A stretch of DNA of 64,000 nucleotides from Myxococcales bacterium (lineage in GTDB: Bacteria > Myxococcota_A > Polyangia > Polyangiales > DASUME01), in assembly GCA_047601445.1 (NCBI GenBank), contig JASGJH010000001.1:6784001-6848000 (forward strand). The letters are read 5' to 3'. The notes beneath the pieces are model-generated. The model searched no databases and was not told where the DNA came from. It worked only from the letters and a program-made list of their open reading frames with translations. A program made the position numbers and the translations under genes. This document shows positions 9,286 through 20,181 of the stretch, piece by piece (positions within the stretch are counted from its first letter, which is position 1; each line of letters opens with the position of its first letter).

Positions 9286-10416
9286 ATGTACCGCATGGAC
9301 AAATGGAAGAGGTTTCGGGGCGCGGGGAGCTTGTTGGGCGCTGCGTTCTTTCTGTGTGGATGTCAGGACGAGCGCAGGAGCGAACCGCTCATCTTGGGGG
9401 ACGCGGGGCACCGGTCCGACGCGGGGATCCATGGCGGCACTCCGGGCACTACCCTGCTTGGCGACGGCGGCGCTGACGGGGGCTCGTCGGGGGGTGGCGG
9501 CGGAGCCCCAGGCGCCCCGACCGGGAAGTGCGCCTTCGACCCCAACAAGGTCCACGTGCTCATCAATGGAGGCGCGCGCGGAACCGGCGTGGCCAAGATC
9601 AATGACCCCAAGGATCTCGATGAGCTGGAAGACCTCGACAACGCCTGTTGGGGGTTCCAGCGCTTCGCTCCGGTGATCCTGCGTCCCACGGATGGTCGCG
9701 TGGTGTACGTGGACCGCGTCGATCGGCCTCCGACGACGCTGGTGCGCGAGTTTCACGAGGACAAGTTGAAGCAGGACGAGTTCGGCCAGCTCAGCTTGCC
9801 GGACAGCTACCTCGCGGACGACAGCGTGCTGTTCACGGGCACGGACACGCTCACGCCCTCGGACATCGTCGCCATCCCTGGATCGAGCGATTTCCTGATG
9901 GGCTTTTCCCAGAACGATCCACCGCCCTATTACGCAGATCGCCAAGGCACCAGCGTACTGAAAACCTATGGCCGTGTACTCGCCGTCGGAGCCAACGGCA
10001 TCATGCTGGCCGATTTCGCGAGCCAGAACGACCTCGACTACCAGATCGTGCAGCCCGATGGCACGCGGGTGAAGGTGCAGGGCGCCGACCTCGACTATCC
10101 GATTGCCGTCCGTTCCCACGGCGACGGCTTTTGGGTCGTGCTCGGCGAGGCGGCTGCACCCAGCCGCTGGTACGTTGCGCCGGACGGCACGGCGACGCTC
10201 GAGTTGTTCTATCCGCCCACGGAGTACGCGGTGACCAGTCTGGGGAGAGGCGCACTCGATGTAGAGGGAACGCTCTATCAGGCGGTCGATACGGGGAGCA
10301 GTGGAAGCCAGCAGCTGTGGCGCCGGAAACCGGAGCCTGCGGCCAAGGAGGTCCTGGTCGACCTCGCGAACTTCCCGTTCGTGCTCTCGGGCATCGTCAC
10401 GATCACAGGGCCGTAG
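9286..10416 (+). CDS. Hypothetical lipoprotein
   Basis: AGGA RBS before ATG 9286; signal ...AAFFLCGC; Gly/Asp linker followed by a beta-rich domain. Confidence 0.7.
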   Translation: MYRMDKWKRFRGAGSLLGAAFFLCGCQDERRSEPLILGDAGHRSDAGIHGGTPGTTLLGDGGADGGSSGGGGGAPGAPTGKCAFDPNKVHVLINGGARGTGVAKINDPKDLDELEDLDNACWGFQRFAPVILRPTDGRVVYVDRVDRPPTTLVREFHEDKLKQDEFGQLSLPDSYLADDSVLFTGTDTLTPSDIVAIPGSSDFLMGFSQNDPPPYYADRQGTSVLKTYGRVLAVGANGIMLADFASQNDLDYQIVQPDGTRVKVQGADLDYPIAVRSHGDGFWVVLGEAAAPSRWYVAPDGTATLELFYPPTEYAVTSLGRGALDVEGTLYQAVDTGSSGSQQLWRRKPEPAAKEVLVDLANFPFVLSGIVTITGP

Positions 10417-10559
10417 CGTCCGCGACGATGACGGCCCTGCTGTGCACCGGACTACCGCTGTGATCGCTTCGCGCTCGTAGCTCAGGTCCGTGTGGGGCTC
10501 GCTCGAACGCCCTCCAAAATACTCCCAAGGGTTTCCCGTCGTGCGGTCCTTCATCCGGC

Positions 10560-11207
10560 ATGAGCAATCCCTCCTCTCCTCGCCCTCTTCCTAGGGGGCT
10601 CGTGCAAGTGGCTGGTTTGGCGAGCGTTTTGTTCCTGTTGCCCGGCTGCGGGGACGCGCCGGTCACCGTGGTCCGTGAGGACCCCGCGACGGCCGATGAG
10701 GCGGACGCCGAGGCAGGGGATTCGAGCGAGGACGGGGGGACATCGGAGGACGACCAGTCGTCCCCTGAGGCCGAGGTTCAGGCCCCGGATACGTGCTTAC
10801 CGGGCGTGTACAAGGGCCGATTTACCTGCGACGTGAGCGGCTTGATCCCGTGGAACGGCGACCTGTCTTTCGAGCTCGAGCAAGAGGAGGAGGGGGCCGG
10901 CGGTGAATTCGCGGTGCTGCGTGTAGTCCCGGGGGCGACGATCATGGGGATGGACGAGTACGGCGGGGCCTTCAGCGGGGAGTTGAGCGGTGATCTCGAC
11001 TGCATGAGCGGCAAGTTTACGGGGATGCTCTTGCACGGGATGTACAAGGGCTCCGTGGACGCCAACATGGAGGGACCCCTGAGCGGCGACTACGAGACCA
11101 AGAGCGACGGCGCTTCGTTCATGGGAAAGATGGGCCCGCTCACCAACCACGACCTCATCGGGCTGTTTCTCGAGGCGAACTGCACGTGGAGCGCGACGTT
11201 GCAGTGA
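10560..11207 (+). CDS. Hypothetical lipoprotein
   Basis: Signal ...VLFLLPGC, acidic linker, beta-rich domain with 4 Cys. Confidence 0.7.
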   Translation: MSNPSSPRPLPRGLVQVAGLASVLFLLPGCGDAPVTVVREDPATADEADAEAGDSSEDGGTSEDDQSSPEAEVQAPDTCLPGVYKGRFTCDVSGLIPWNGDLSFELEQEEEGAGGEFAVLRVVPGATIMGMDEYGGAFSGELSGDLDCMSGKFTGMLLHGMYKGSVDANMEGPLSGDYETKSDGASFMGKMGPLTNHDLIGLFLEANCTWSATLQ

Positions 11208-11298
11208 GGGGCGCCCCTCACGCTGACAGCGCTAGTTGTGGTACACGGAGTGACACGGCATCGTGAGCGGCCCATTTCACTCGAGGACTCGTCTGTCG

Positions 11299-11808
11299 AT
11301 GTTGCGCTTCCGTACAGCACGTTCGTCCGTGATCCTGTTCGTTGAGATCTGCTTTGGGCTCGCGGGCTGTGGGCAGTTCGCGCTCGTGGGCGTGGCGCCT
11401 GCGGAGGCCGGCCCCGCGGGGGATGGGCCAACTGACGCGGCGTTCGATGGTCACGCGCAAGCTTCCGACGGAAGCACCACATCCGACGCTGACAGCGCGC
11501 GCTGTGATCGTCAGGTGGACGTATGCAATCCAGTGACGAACACCGGCTGCTCCGAGGCGCTCGTGCAGCGCTGCGCGCCCGACCTGTCATCGGCCAAGTT
11601 GGCTGGCTACTGCACGTTCATGGGGGAGATTCCCGACGGCGGTCTCGAGTGCTTCAACTCGGTTGTCACGGAGAGCTGCCCGCCCAAGAGCACCTGCCAC
11701 AACGGTGCCTGCCGGTCGTTGTGCTTTTGCGACGCGGATTGTGGGGACGGCCAGTGCTGCACGGAGCCACTCGGGGAGCAGGGATTCGCTGTCTGCGCGC
11801 CGTGCTGA
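11299..11808 (+). CDS. Cysteine-rich lipoprotein (paralog of 21036..21620)
   Basis: Lipobox LAGC; C-terminal domain with 16 Cys (CNPVTNTGC...CRSLCFCDADC). Start uncertain (11263 or 11299). Confidence 0.75.
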   Translation: MLRFRTARSSVILFVEICFGLAGCGQFALVGVAPAEAGPAGDGPTDAAFDGHAQASDGSTTSDADSARCDRQVDVCNPVTNTGCSEALVQRCAPDLSSAKLAGYCTFMGEIPDGGLECFNSVVTESCPPKSTCHNGACRSLCFCDADCGDGQCCTEPLGEQGFAVCAPC

Positions 11809-11826
11809 TAGTCGAGTGTCGAAGTC

Positions 11827-12941
11827 TCAGGGCACCCAGATCGGTGCCCCGGTCGCCCAGCCCGCGGGGGCCACATCCGAGATCACAGGTCGCTCCCAGC
11901 TCCAGACCGCCACCTTGTACCCCTCCGCACCTCGGTAACCGCCGAGCACATAGCGGCTGGTGCGGTCGAACGATCCCAACGAGAAGCCGTCCGGAAAGAC
12001 CACGGGCGCGCTCGAGCCGTCCATCGATACGATGCGTCCCCGGACCACGACGGAGGAGGGCTCGTGTGGGTCGCCCGTTGAGGTGTCGACGAACGCCCAG
12101 AGTCCGTCGGGGGAGATGCCAACGTTGCCCCAGTACCCCATGCAGGTTGCTCGGTTCCCGAAGGTGGAGTCGTCGTGCAGCGTGATGGTCTCTCCGCTGG
12201 GTGTGATGCTCACGACCTTGAAATAGAGGTCCTGGTAGATGCAGCCGAGGATGCGCGAGAGGTCGGTGTTGCCGTCGACCAAGGTGAAGGTGTTAGGCGA
12301 TGCGAACGCGACGCTGGCGGTGAGGATGCCCGTGTGCAGGTCGAGCCAGTACAAGGTAGGACCTGCGAGGAAGGCAGCGTGGCCCTCGCGTGAGATCATG
12401 AGCATATCGTCGCCAGCGGGCACGGGGATGCTGGCGTCGGCGGGTACCACGGCGCGGCTCTGGGCATCGACAAGGTCGATGACATGGAGTGCTTCGAGGG
12501 CTCCACGCAACTGATAGCGACGGTCGCTGCTTTGGTGCCAGAGGCGCGTGGACACGTCGACGCTATCGAGGCGCGCGGGCGCGGTTGGACTCGAGAAGTC
12601 GATCCACGCACTATACGCGACGTCGTAACCCCTTCCCTCGAGCATGCCACGCGGGGCGCCCGCGGGTCCGCGGGTGGCTGACGAAGCGCGCGCTCAATTC
12701 TTCCTGACCCGCGCCGTAAGCAGGCACCCTGGAAGGGCACGTCCTCGAAGGGATAGAACTGCGCACCGCTTGCCGGGGAGAGGATCTCCGCGCGGAAGGT
12801 GCCTGCGTCTTCATCACCGGCATCCCGCATGCTCGGCGAGGTGTCGTGACGACCGTCGTCGAAGAGGGCGCCCACGTCGCCCGAAGTGCCACAGGCCGAC
12901 AGGGGGCAGACCAACCAGGCGACAAGATGCGAGCGTTTCAC
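11827..12941 (-). pseudogene. Hypothetical lipoprotein interrupted by two apparent 1-bp insertions (~12719 and ~12670)
   Basis: AAGGAG RBS, GTG start, lipobox LSAC. Removing one base in TGC[T]TAC and one in CCG[C]GGA gives a continuous 370-aa frame ...FQGACYGAGQEELSARFVSHPGPAGAPRGMLEGRGYDV... Confidence 0.6.
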
Positions 12942-13126
12942 GGAGGCTCCTTGCGTGGGATGAGCGCCTGCGGAGAGTCACACCGCGGATCCCGGTGCCA
13001 GGCCGGCCCGGGGCAACACTCACCACGGGATGGGTGAGTCTAGCGCGCTAGCGCAGCGAAGGGCCGTGGTCACCCCGCATCTGACGGGGACCAATGCGAT
13101 CATCGGCGGGCGGGGTGAGCTTCGCT

Positions 13127-16100
13127 CTAACGTGTTCGCGCGCTCGGCAGAATGATCTCGAACGTCGTGCCCTGGCCGGGGTGACTCTCTGCCGTGATCG
13201 TTCCGCCGTGCTGCGTCACCATCCCGTACACCGCAGGTAGACCGAGGCCCGTGCCCTTGCCGGGGGCCTTGGTGGTGAAAAAGGGCTCGAAGATCTTGGC
13301 CAGCGTCTCCTCGTCCATACCGCTGCCCGTGTCGCGCACACGCAGTGCGACGCCGGCGGCCTCGCCTTGGACAGAGGGGGGCGCTGCGGCGGTTTCGAGG
13401 GTCAGGCGCCCACCTTGTGGCATGGCGTCCAGGGCGTTCATGCCCAAGTTCATCACCACGCGCTGCAGCTGGGCAGGGTCTGCGCGAATCTTTTCCAGCG
13501 CTGGATCGAGCTGCAGAAGGACCTCGACGTCGTCGCGCACGAGTCGGCTGAACATGCGCTCGAACTTCTGCAGCTCTTGGTTCAGATCGAGCTCACGCGC
13601 CTCCACCGGTTGCTGACGACCAAAGGTGAGCAGCTGGTTCGTGAGCAAGGCAGCTTGTTCGGCCGCCTCGTACACCTGCCCGATCTGTTGCTTGACCAGG
13701 GAGTTGGGAGGCAGCGCCTTCGCCACGATCTCCGAGTATCCAAGGATCGGCGTCAGGAGATTCTTGAAGTCGTGCGCCACACCCGCCGCGAGACGGCCGA
13801 TCGACTCGAGCCGCTGGGCTCGATGAAGTTGAGCTTCGAGACGACCGCGCTGTGCCTCCATGGCACGTTGGGTGCTGATGTCCTGAAACGCGACGATGGC
13901 GTAGCGCACGGCGCCGTCGTCGCCGCGGATTGGCGTGCCCCAGGCTGCCAGTGGAACGCGCCGATTGGGCGACCTGACCTCGAGGTCGTCGGCCATGGAG
14001 GTCTCGCCCTGCATGGCCAGCACGATGGGCGAGCGGGAAATAGGGTAGAGCTCGTCGCTGCCAGCTAGATAGATTCCATGGCGAGCCGCCCATTCCTCGG
14101 GGGGCACCCCGGCCTCCAGCGTCCTGCCCGCGATCTCGACCGCTCGACGGTTCACCACTACCGGGCGTCCCATGGCGTCCACGACGTACACTCCGACCGG
14201 CATACCCTCGAAGCAGTCGCGCAGGAGCTCCTCGCTGGTGCGTAGCGAGTCGTACAGACGGGCGTTCTCGAGCGAGATCGCAGCCTGCGATAGCAGGATA
14301 CGCAGCATCTCGAGCCGCTCGTGGGTGAACGCGTCGGTCGTGAGTTGGTTCTCCAAGAACAGAATGGCGGTGATGCGATCGCGGTGGCGCACTGCCACGG
14401 ATAGGATGGACTTGGAGGAATGGGCGAGCACGTAGGGGTCGCGCGTGAAGGCGCCACGCTCGGCAGCGTTGCCGAGTACGACATCTTCTCCCGTGTGAAG
14501 CGTGTGATTCACGATGGCTTCCGAGATCTGTCGGTCGACATCCGCAGGGGCCGGCCGCGACAGGTCGACTTGCTTTCCCTCGGCAGCGAAGCGGGCCGCG
14601 AGTTGGAGTCTTCCCTGCTGTTCGACGAGCAGGACGCCGCGTTGTGCGCCCGCGTTCTCCACACAGATACGCATGAGCTTGTCGAGGAGCCTGTCGAGCG
14701 TGACTTCACTCGAGAGCGTCTCGGCGGCCTTGAGCGCGGCCATCAGGTCGATGCCGACCGCGCCTCCGCTGCTGCTGGTGGGGGTCGCACCGCGGCGGAC
14801 GACGGTCAGCTCCACGCGCGCCAACTCGGCGCGCAGGCGGTCCACCTTGGCGTTGGCGCCCCAACGCGCGTAGCTTGCAAGCGCGCCTTCGAGGTACTGC
14901 GCGGCGATCCTTGGCTGGCCTCGCCCCAGAGCATACCGACCGCAAAGTTCCTGCGCCGTGGCTTCGTCTTGCTGAAAGCCTTGCCGTCCCGCGCCTTCGA
15001 TCGCTCGGTGGTAGAGATCCCACGCGTCCTGGCCGGCCAAGCGCGCCAGCTCTGCTCCCACCAAGTCACGTTTGTGGCGAAAGTTCTCCGGGCAGGTTTC
15101 GGCCCAGGTGTCGAGCTTGCTCACGAGCGGCGCGATCTGACTCGACAGTCCATCGCGTGCCTCCGCGCTGTGTTCTGCCGCTGCGATCAACGTGAGCGCT
15201 GCATGAAACGTGTACTCCGCGTGCTCTATCGTGGTCTGGATGAAACGCAGGCGCCCTTTTCCTGCTTCTACCAGGCGTAGGGCGCCCGCGAGGTCGCCGA
15301 GCATGCGGCAAGTTCGGAGGCGCACGCTGGTGTAGTAGCCGAGAGCAAAGCCGTTGGTCTGGATCTGCTTGACGAAGACCTCCTCATCGAAGTCCGCATC
15401 GTCCAAGCGATCGTCTGGACCTGTGAGGCCACGCAGGCAGCGGATGATCTGGCGGTAAAGGAGTATCTGCGTCATGCCGGCTCGGTTGCCCGTGCGACGG
15501 CTGAAGGCCAGGCCTTCGTCGGCGACTTTCTCGACTCGACTGAGGTCGGTCCCCGCAGAGAACAGCACCTGAACGAGCACTCCTTGACTCATCGACGCCC
15601 AGTCGAGCTCTCCGGTCTCGATTCCTTTCGCCGTGGCCAGGCTCAGCATCGGGGCACACGACTGCAATGGGGCACCCCAACCGTGGATCACGCCCGCGAC
15701 GAACAGTGTGGCGGCTTCCCTGGCGCCATGTCGCTGGGCGAAGTTCACGCCGAGAACGCCAAAAGCGTGCCCTCGCGCGTACTCGCCTTGGTTGCAGAGG
15801 ATGCTGCCGAAATTCGCGTAGATCGGTGCAGCTACGAGCGTGTGCCCTTGCGCCAAGACGGAGCGCATCATCCAGTATCCGAGCACCACGAACGATGGCG
15901 GATCGGTCGCAAAAAAGACCGGCGTCAAGCTGAGGATCAGGGCCTGCAGGGCGACGTGCTCCGGATCGCTGCTCAACGGTGCATCGAGCAGCTCGTCAGG
16001 AGCGCGTCCCGCGAGCAGCAGCTCGATCTCGCTGCGGAGCGCTGCCAGGGTCTCGGCGATGGCCTCACGGGGGAGTTGCAAGCCAAACAGGCTCAGTGCC

Positions 16101-18658
16101 TCGTGGCCTGCGCGAACGGCGCGCGGGATGTCGAGTTGGTTCTGGTAGCCGAACACACGCAGCTGGGCGAGGTCCGCTTGCTCCAGCAGCAGATGGGCGT
16201 GGGGCTGTGCGATCTCGAGGAGCTTCTCGGCCGCTTGGACGTCGCCCGTCACGAACGCCATCTCCGCGGCGTCGCGGTGCAGACGAAACCCGAGCTCGTG
16301 GCAAGATCTCCAGACGTCTACCGGCAAGAGCTCGATGGCATGTCGCAGATAAACGAGGGCGGCACCGTAGGCGGCGGTAGCCTTGGCTCGACCGGCGGCC
16401 CGTTCATTGAGGTCGAGCAAGCGCCTGCGCTCGGGCACCGTGGAGAGTTGCTCCGCGCCGCGATTGAGCTGATCGACGATCGCGAAGATGTGCTCGAAGA
16501 GCGCGCCTGCCGGTGTTCGCGCCAGAAGCGCTTGCCCGATCTCGAAGTGGAGCGCCTTTCTCCGCGTCTCGCCGATCATCGCGTAAGCCGCTTGCTGAAC
16601 ACGGTCGTGGGCGAACCGGTAGCTAGTCTCTCCAGTGGGCTCGATCAACACTTCGCGCACGGCGAGCCACAACCATGGGTCTAGCTCTGCCTGGCTCCTC
16701 TCCATCGCGGCCGCAAGCAGGGCCGCATCGAAGCGGCTGCCGACGCAGGCCGCCGTCGTCAGGACTTCCTGTACAGGAGTCGGCAGTCGCCGAATCGACG
16801 TGACTAGCAGGTCCACGACCGTCTCGGGCGCCTCGACCTCGGCCACACGGCCGAGGTCCCAGACCCAGGCAGCGGTCGCGGCGTCGAAGGTGAGGCGATC
16901 CGAGAGCTGGAGTAGGCGCAAGAAGCGATGGACGAACAATGGATTGCCGGCTGTCTTGCGTACGAGCAGCTCCGCCAACGGCCGGCAGCGCTGGCGGTCT
17001 TCGCGCGCAGAAAGCAAGGTGTCGGCCAGCAGCGCGGTGATGGCATCGGCGTCCAGTGGAGGCACCTCGATGTCGGTCAGCCGCGAACCTGCTGCGCGCA
17101 TCTCGGCGAACGTCTGCAGCGCCGGATGATCCGGACCGAGGTCTTCGCTGCGCGCGGCAAGCACCACCAAGAGATGTTTGAAGTCAGCCTGTGTGCCGAG
17201 ACACCGGATGAGCTTGAGCGACGCCGGGTCCACCCATTGCAGATCGTCCAAGAAGAGCACAAGGGGCCGCTCGGGACGCGCCAGCGCGCGCACGAACGCA
17301 GTCATGGTCAGCTCGGCACGGTTGGCGGTCTCCACCGGGCCGAGCACTGGGAGCGCCGGCTGCGCGCCCAGCAGTTTCTCGAGCTCGGGCACGATCTCGG
17401 TGACCAACCGACCGTTGGGGGAAATCGCGCTCTCGATCCGCGCGCGCCAATCGCTCGCGACCTCGTGACTTGCCTCCGAGAGCTCGCGTACGAGCGAGCC
17501 CAGCGCCTGGGATACGGCTGCGAAGGGAACGTTACCCGCCAGCTGGTCGCACTTTCCGCCGAGAAAGTGTCCCTGGCGGGCTACTTCGGTTCGCAGTGCC
17601 TCGACCAGTGCAGTCTTGCCCGATCCCGCGAGGCCACGGATGACGACCAGCTCGTTCTGTCCCGTCACCGCCCGCGTCAGCGCGGCCTCGAGTGTGGCGC
17701 GCTCATGCTCACGACCATAGAGCTTGGCGGGCAGCTGCAGGTCGCGGCGCTCGCGTTGAGCCAGGTCGAAGGTCGCGATGGTCCCGGACGCTTGAAAGCG
17801 GCGGCGCGCCTCCTCGAGGTCATGCTGCAGCGCCTCGGCGGTCTGGTAGCGCCACTCGGGCATCTTCGCGAGCAGCTTCATCACGAGATCCGACAGCAGC
17901 TGCGGAATCTGTGGCCTCACCGAAGCGGGCGTTTGCGGCGTCTGGGCCAGGTGCGCGTGCACCAACTCGAGCGGATCATTGGAGCTGAACGGAGGAGCGC
18001 CGACAAGCAGCGCGTAGAAGGTCGCCCCGAGCGCGTACAGATCCGTGCGCTGATCGACCGGCCGATTCATGCGGCCCGTTTGCTCCGGCGCCATGTACGC
18101 CAGGCTAGCCTCGAGCTGCCCGGGATGGTTGGAGGCTGCGGCGAGCGCGCCAAGTTCTTCACTGGCTTCCGCGGGTCCACGCTCCGATCGGGCTCCGAGC
18201 TCGAAATCCACCAAGGTGATGCGGCCGTCCACGTCGCGTACGAAGTTCGCTGGGGACAAGTCGCGGTGAATGATGCCGTGTCGGTGCACGGCCGCGACGA
18301 TGGCTGCCATCTGGACCGCCACATCGAGGAACGTCGGAAGGTCCAGTCGAGCTCCGCGCAGGCAGTCTTCGAGGTCGTTGGGGCCGACGTCGGGCAGTAC
18401 GAGCGCGGGTCTCCCTTCAAGCTCCCCTGACGCAATCACCGAGACCACGCCTGGCACTGCCATGCTCGCGAGCAGGGCTCCTTCCTGTCGCAACCGTTCT
18501 TCACTTCGCGGGTCGAGACGGTCCGGTCGCAACGTCTTGATGACCACGGGGTGCCCGTCACGCAGCGCACGGAACACTGCAAACCGAGCCCCGGTCTGAA
18601 TCTGGCGGACGCGCGTGAACATTCCCGCAGAGACCGGTCCCCCCATCAGGCGCTCCAC
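13127..18658 (-). CDS. Multidomain Ser/Thr kinase - AAA ATPase - GAF - PAS - histidine kinase (HstK-like)
   Basis: HRDLSPAN / YMAPEQTGR kinase, Walker A GLAGSGKT, LFLDDLQW, FAHDRVQQAAY, GAF (ENAGAQRG...LFLENQL), PAS, H-box GVAHDF, DTGSGM...FFTTK...GTGLGL. Confidence 0.93.
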   Translation of the reverse strand: MERLMGGPVSAGMFTRVRQIQTGARFAVFRALRDGHPVVIKTLRPDRLDPRSEERLRQEGALLASMAVPGVVSVIASGELEGRPALVLPDVGPNDLEDCLRGARLDLPTFLDVAVQMAAIVAAVHRHGIIHRDLSPANFVRDVDGRITLVDFELGARSERGPAEASEELGALAAASNHPGQLEASLAYMAPEQTGRMNRPVDQRTDLYALGATFYALLVGAPPFSSNDPLELVHAHLAQTPQTPASVRPQIPQLLSDLVMKLLAKMPEWRYQTAEALQHDLEEARRRFQASGTIATFDLAQRERRDLQLPAKLYGREHERATLEAALTRAVTGQNELVVIRGLAGSGKTALVEALRTEVARQGHFLGGKCDQLAGNVPFAAVSQALGSLVRELSEASHEVASDWRARIESAISPNGRLVTEIVPELEKLLGAQPALPVLGPVETANRAELTMTAFVRALARPERPLVLFLDDLQWVDPASLKLIRCLGTQADFKHLLVVLAARSEDLGPDHPALQTFAEMRAAGSRLTDIEVPPLDADAITALLADTLLSAREDRQRCRPLAELLVRKTAGNPLFVHRFLRLLQLSDRLTFDAATAAWVWDLGRVAEVEAPETVVDLLVTSIRRLPTPVQEVLTTAACVGSRFDAALLAAAMERSQAELDPWLWLAVREVLIEPTGETSYRFAHDRVQQAAYAMIGETRRKALHFEIGQALLARTPAGALFEHIFAIVDQLNRGAEQLSTVPERRRLLDLNERAAGRAKATAAYGAALVYLRHAIELLPVDVWRSCHELGFRLHRDAAEMAFVTGDVQAAEKLLEIAQPHAHLLLEQADLAQLRVFGYQNQLDIPRAVRAGHEALSLFGLQLPREAIAETLAALRSEIELLLAGRAPDELLDAPLSSDPEHVALQALILSLTPVFFATDPPSFVVLGYWMMRSVLAQGHTLVAAPIYANFGSILCNQGEYARGHAFGVLGVNFAQRHGAREAATLFVAGVIHGWGAPLQSCAPMLSLATAKGIETGELDWASMSQGVLVQVLFSAGTDLSRVEKVADEGLAFSRRTGNRAGMTQILLYRQIIRCLRGLTGPDDRLDDADFDEEVFVKQIQTNGFALGYYTSVRLRTCRMLGDLAGALRLVEAGKGRLRFIQTTIEHAEYTFHAALTLIAAAEHSAEARDGLSSQIAPLVSKLDTWAETCPENFRHKRDLVGAELARLAGQDAWDLYHRAIEGAGRQGFQQDEATAQELCGRYALGRGQPRIAAQYLEGALASYARWGANAKVDRLRAELARVELTVVRRGATPTSSSGGAVGIDLMAALKAAETLSSEVTLDRLLDKLMRICVENAGAQRGVLLVEQQGRLQLAARFAAEGKQVDLSRPAPADVDRQISEAIVNHTLHTGEDVVLGNAAERGAFTRDPYVLAHSSKSILSVAVRHRDRITAILFLENQLTTDAFTHERLEMLRILLSQAAISLENARLYDSLRTSEELLRDCFEGMPVGVYVVDAMGRPVVVNRRAVEIAGRTLEAGVPPEEWAARHGIYLAGSDELYPISRSPIVLAMQGETSMADDLEVRSPNRRVPLAAWGTPIRGDDGAVRYAIVAFQDISTQRAMEAQRGRLEAQLHRAQRLESIGRLAAGVAHDFKNLLTPILGYSEIVAKALPPNSLVKQQIGQVYEAAEQAALLTNQLLTFGRQQPVEARELDLNQELQKFERMFSRLVRDDVEVLLQLDPALEKIRADPAQLQRVVMNLGMNALDAMPQGGRLTLETAAAPPSVQGEAAGVALRVRDTGSGMDEETLAKIFEPFFTTKAPGKGTGLGLPAVYGMVTQHGGTITAESHPGQGTTFEIILPSARTR

Positions 18659-18977
18659 TTCCGAACGCCTCCCGATGGCCAGGTGATCGAGGTCACAGGC
18701 AGACGACGAACCTGTCTGAGGCTAGCACCTAGTTCGAAGGACGGCTCGCCGCGGTGGAACTCAGCCTAAGCCTGATTCGCCCACGGATCTCTACGAGAGC
18801 AGGAGTTCGCACAAAATCGTCCCCATTTCCGAGCCCCGCTGCGCTGCAGGTGGTTGGACACGTGCTGTGTTCCTACCCGAGACGGCCTCGATGCCCTGCT
18901 TCGGGGCAACTGGCGAGCCGGAACGAGGGCGCGACCCGTGGTGGCCGGCCGTTCGCCTCGGCGAACCATCGACACCA

Positions 18978-20156
18978 TCAGTCCTGACCAGCGTCCGATG
19001 CGATGAGGGCGCGACGTCCCGTGGCGCCGGTCTTCTTGAGAATGCTCGCGACCTGGTGTTCGACGGTTCGAATGCTCGCCGCGCGCGTGCGAGCGATCTC
19101 CGCGTTGGACAAGCCGTCCTTCACGTGACGCAAGACTTCCCATTCCGCTTCGGTGAGGCCCGCGTCGATCAGTTGGTGGTCGCCGGCAAAACGCATGCTC
19201 GAGGCCACGCGGACGAGCTCCTGGCGCGTTCGGAAGCCCAGCTTGGTGGCGGCTGTGGCGAGGTATTCGCTGATCCGGGCTTCCCGAAGTCCAGTGGCGT
19301 ACGCAACTTGTTTGCCCGAGAGACCGCGTATGGACTGATCGAGGACCGTCGCTTCGCTGGGGCTCAGCGCACGGTATGCGCGCGCCTGCGGCGCGTTCTC
19401 GTAGGCGAAGTACAGGCGCTTCCCATCCGAATCAATCCTCTCCACGACGCTCCAGCGTCCGTCGGCGAGGGCCGTCCATGCACTCAACGCTTCTTCCTTG
19501 AAGCGCTCTCGCGAGGTGCGAGCGCGTGAGATGGTCTTGGCCTGATGCACGAGTGGCTCATAGGTTGGCTCTTGCGCGGCGGCTTTTTCCAGATGTAGGA
19601 GCGCACCGTCCGGGGAAAGCACGGCGGCCGCCTCCTCGGCCGATTGCAGCCGCAGCCGCAGTCCGGACTCGACATGGATGCGGATGCGGTGCAGCGTGGC
19701 TCGCAGCGCTGGCGGTACCTCGGCGTCCACGCCGACGCCGATGGTCATCCCGAAAATCCAACCTGGGCTCGGATAGCCCAGCATGCCGACAAAATCCTTG
19801 AACCCCAGGGTCGCGCCCGCGGTCTTGAATGCGAGCTGGAGATACTGCGGAAGCTTGAGCAGGATGGGACTCGCCATGGCCACCGGCTGACGCGGATAAA
19901 ACCACTGCCGAAATGCCTCCCCCGTCATGCTCTCCAGCAGCGGGGTACCGATGTGGATCGAGCGCAGGCCGCCCGTGCCGTACACGATTTTCTGGCGCAC
20001 TCTCTGACCGCGCTCTTCGTACAGCTGAAAGGCGAGGCCGGCGCCGAGATCGAGGGTACGAGAGGCCGTCTCGACCAGGTTTGCAGCCCATGAATCGGTG
20101 TCGAGTTCCGGCTCGTAGCAGCGCTCGACGATGGCGAGAACATCAGAGGTCGGCAC
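18978..20156 (-). CDS. LuxR-family regulator with two tandem HTH domains
   Basis: LSPSEATVL...GLSGKQVAYATGL and LTEAEWEVL...GLSNAEIARTRAASIRTVEHQVASILKK. Start estimated at GTG 20156. Confidence 0.85.
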   Translation of the reverse strand: MPTSDVLAIVERCYEPELDTDSWAANLVETASRTLDLGAGLAFQLYEERGQRVRQKIVYGTGGLRSIHIGTPLLESMTGEAFRQWFYPRQPVAMASPILLKLPQYLQLAFKTAGATLGFKDFVGMLGYPSPGWIFGMTIGVGVDAEVPPALRATLHRIRIHVESGLRLRLQSAEEAAAVLSPDGALLHLEKAAAQEPTYEPLVHQAKTISRARTSRERFKEEALSAWTALADGRWSVVERIDSDGKRLYFAYENAPQARAYRALSPSEATVLDQSIRGLSGKQVAYATGLREARISEYLATAATKLGFRTRQELVRVASSMRFAGDHQLIDAGLTEAEWEVLRHVKDGLSNAEIARTRAASIRTVEHQVASILKKTGATGRRALIASDAGQD

Positions 20157-20181
20157 GCACGCGAGCCTAGCGTGCGGATTG

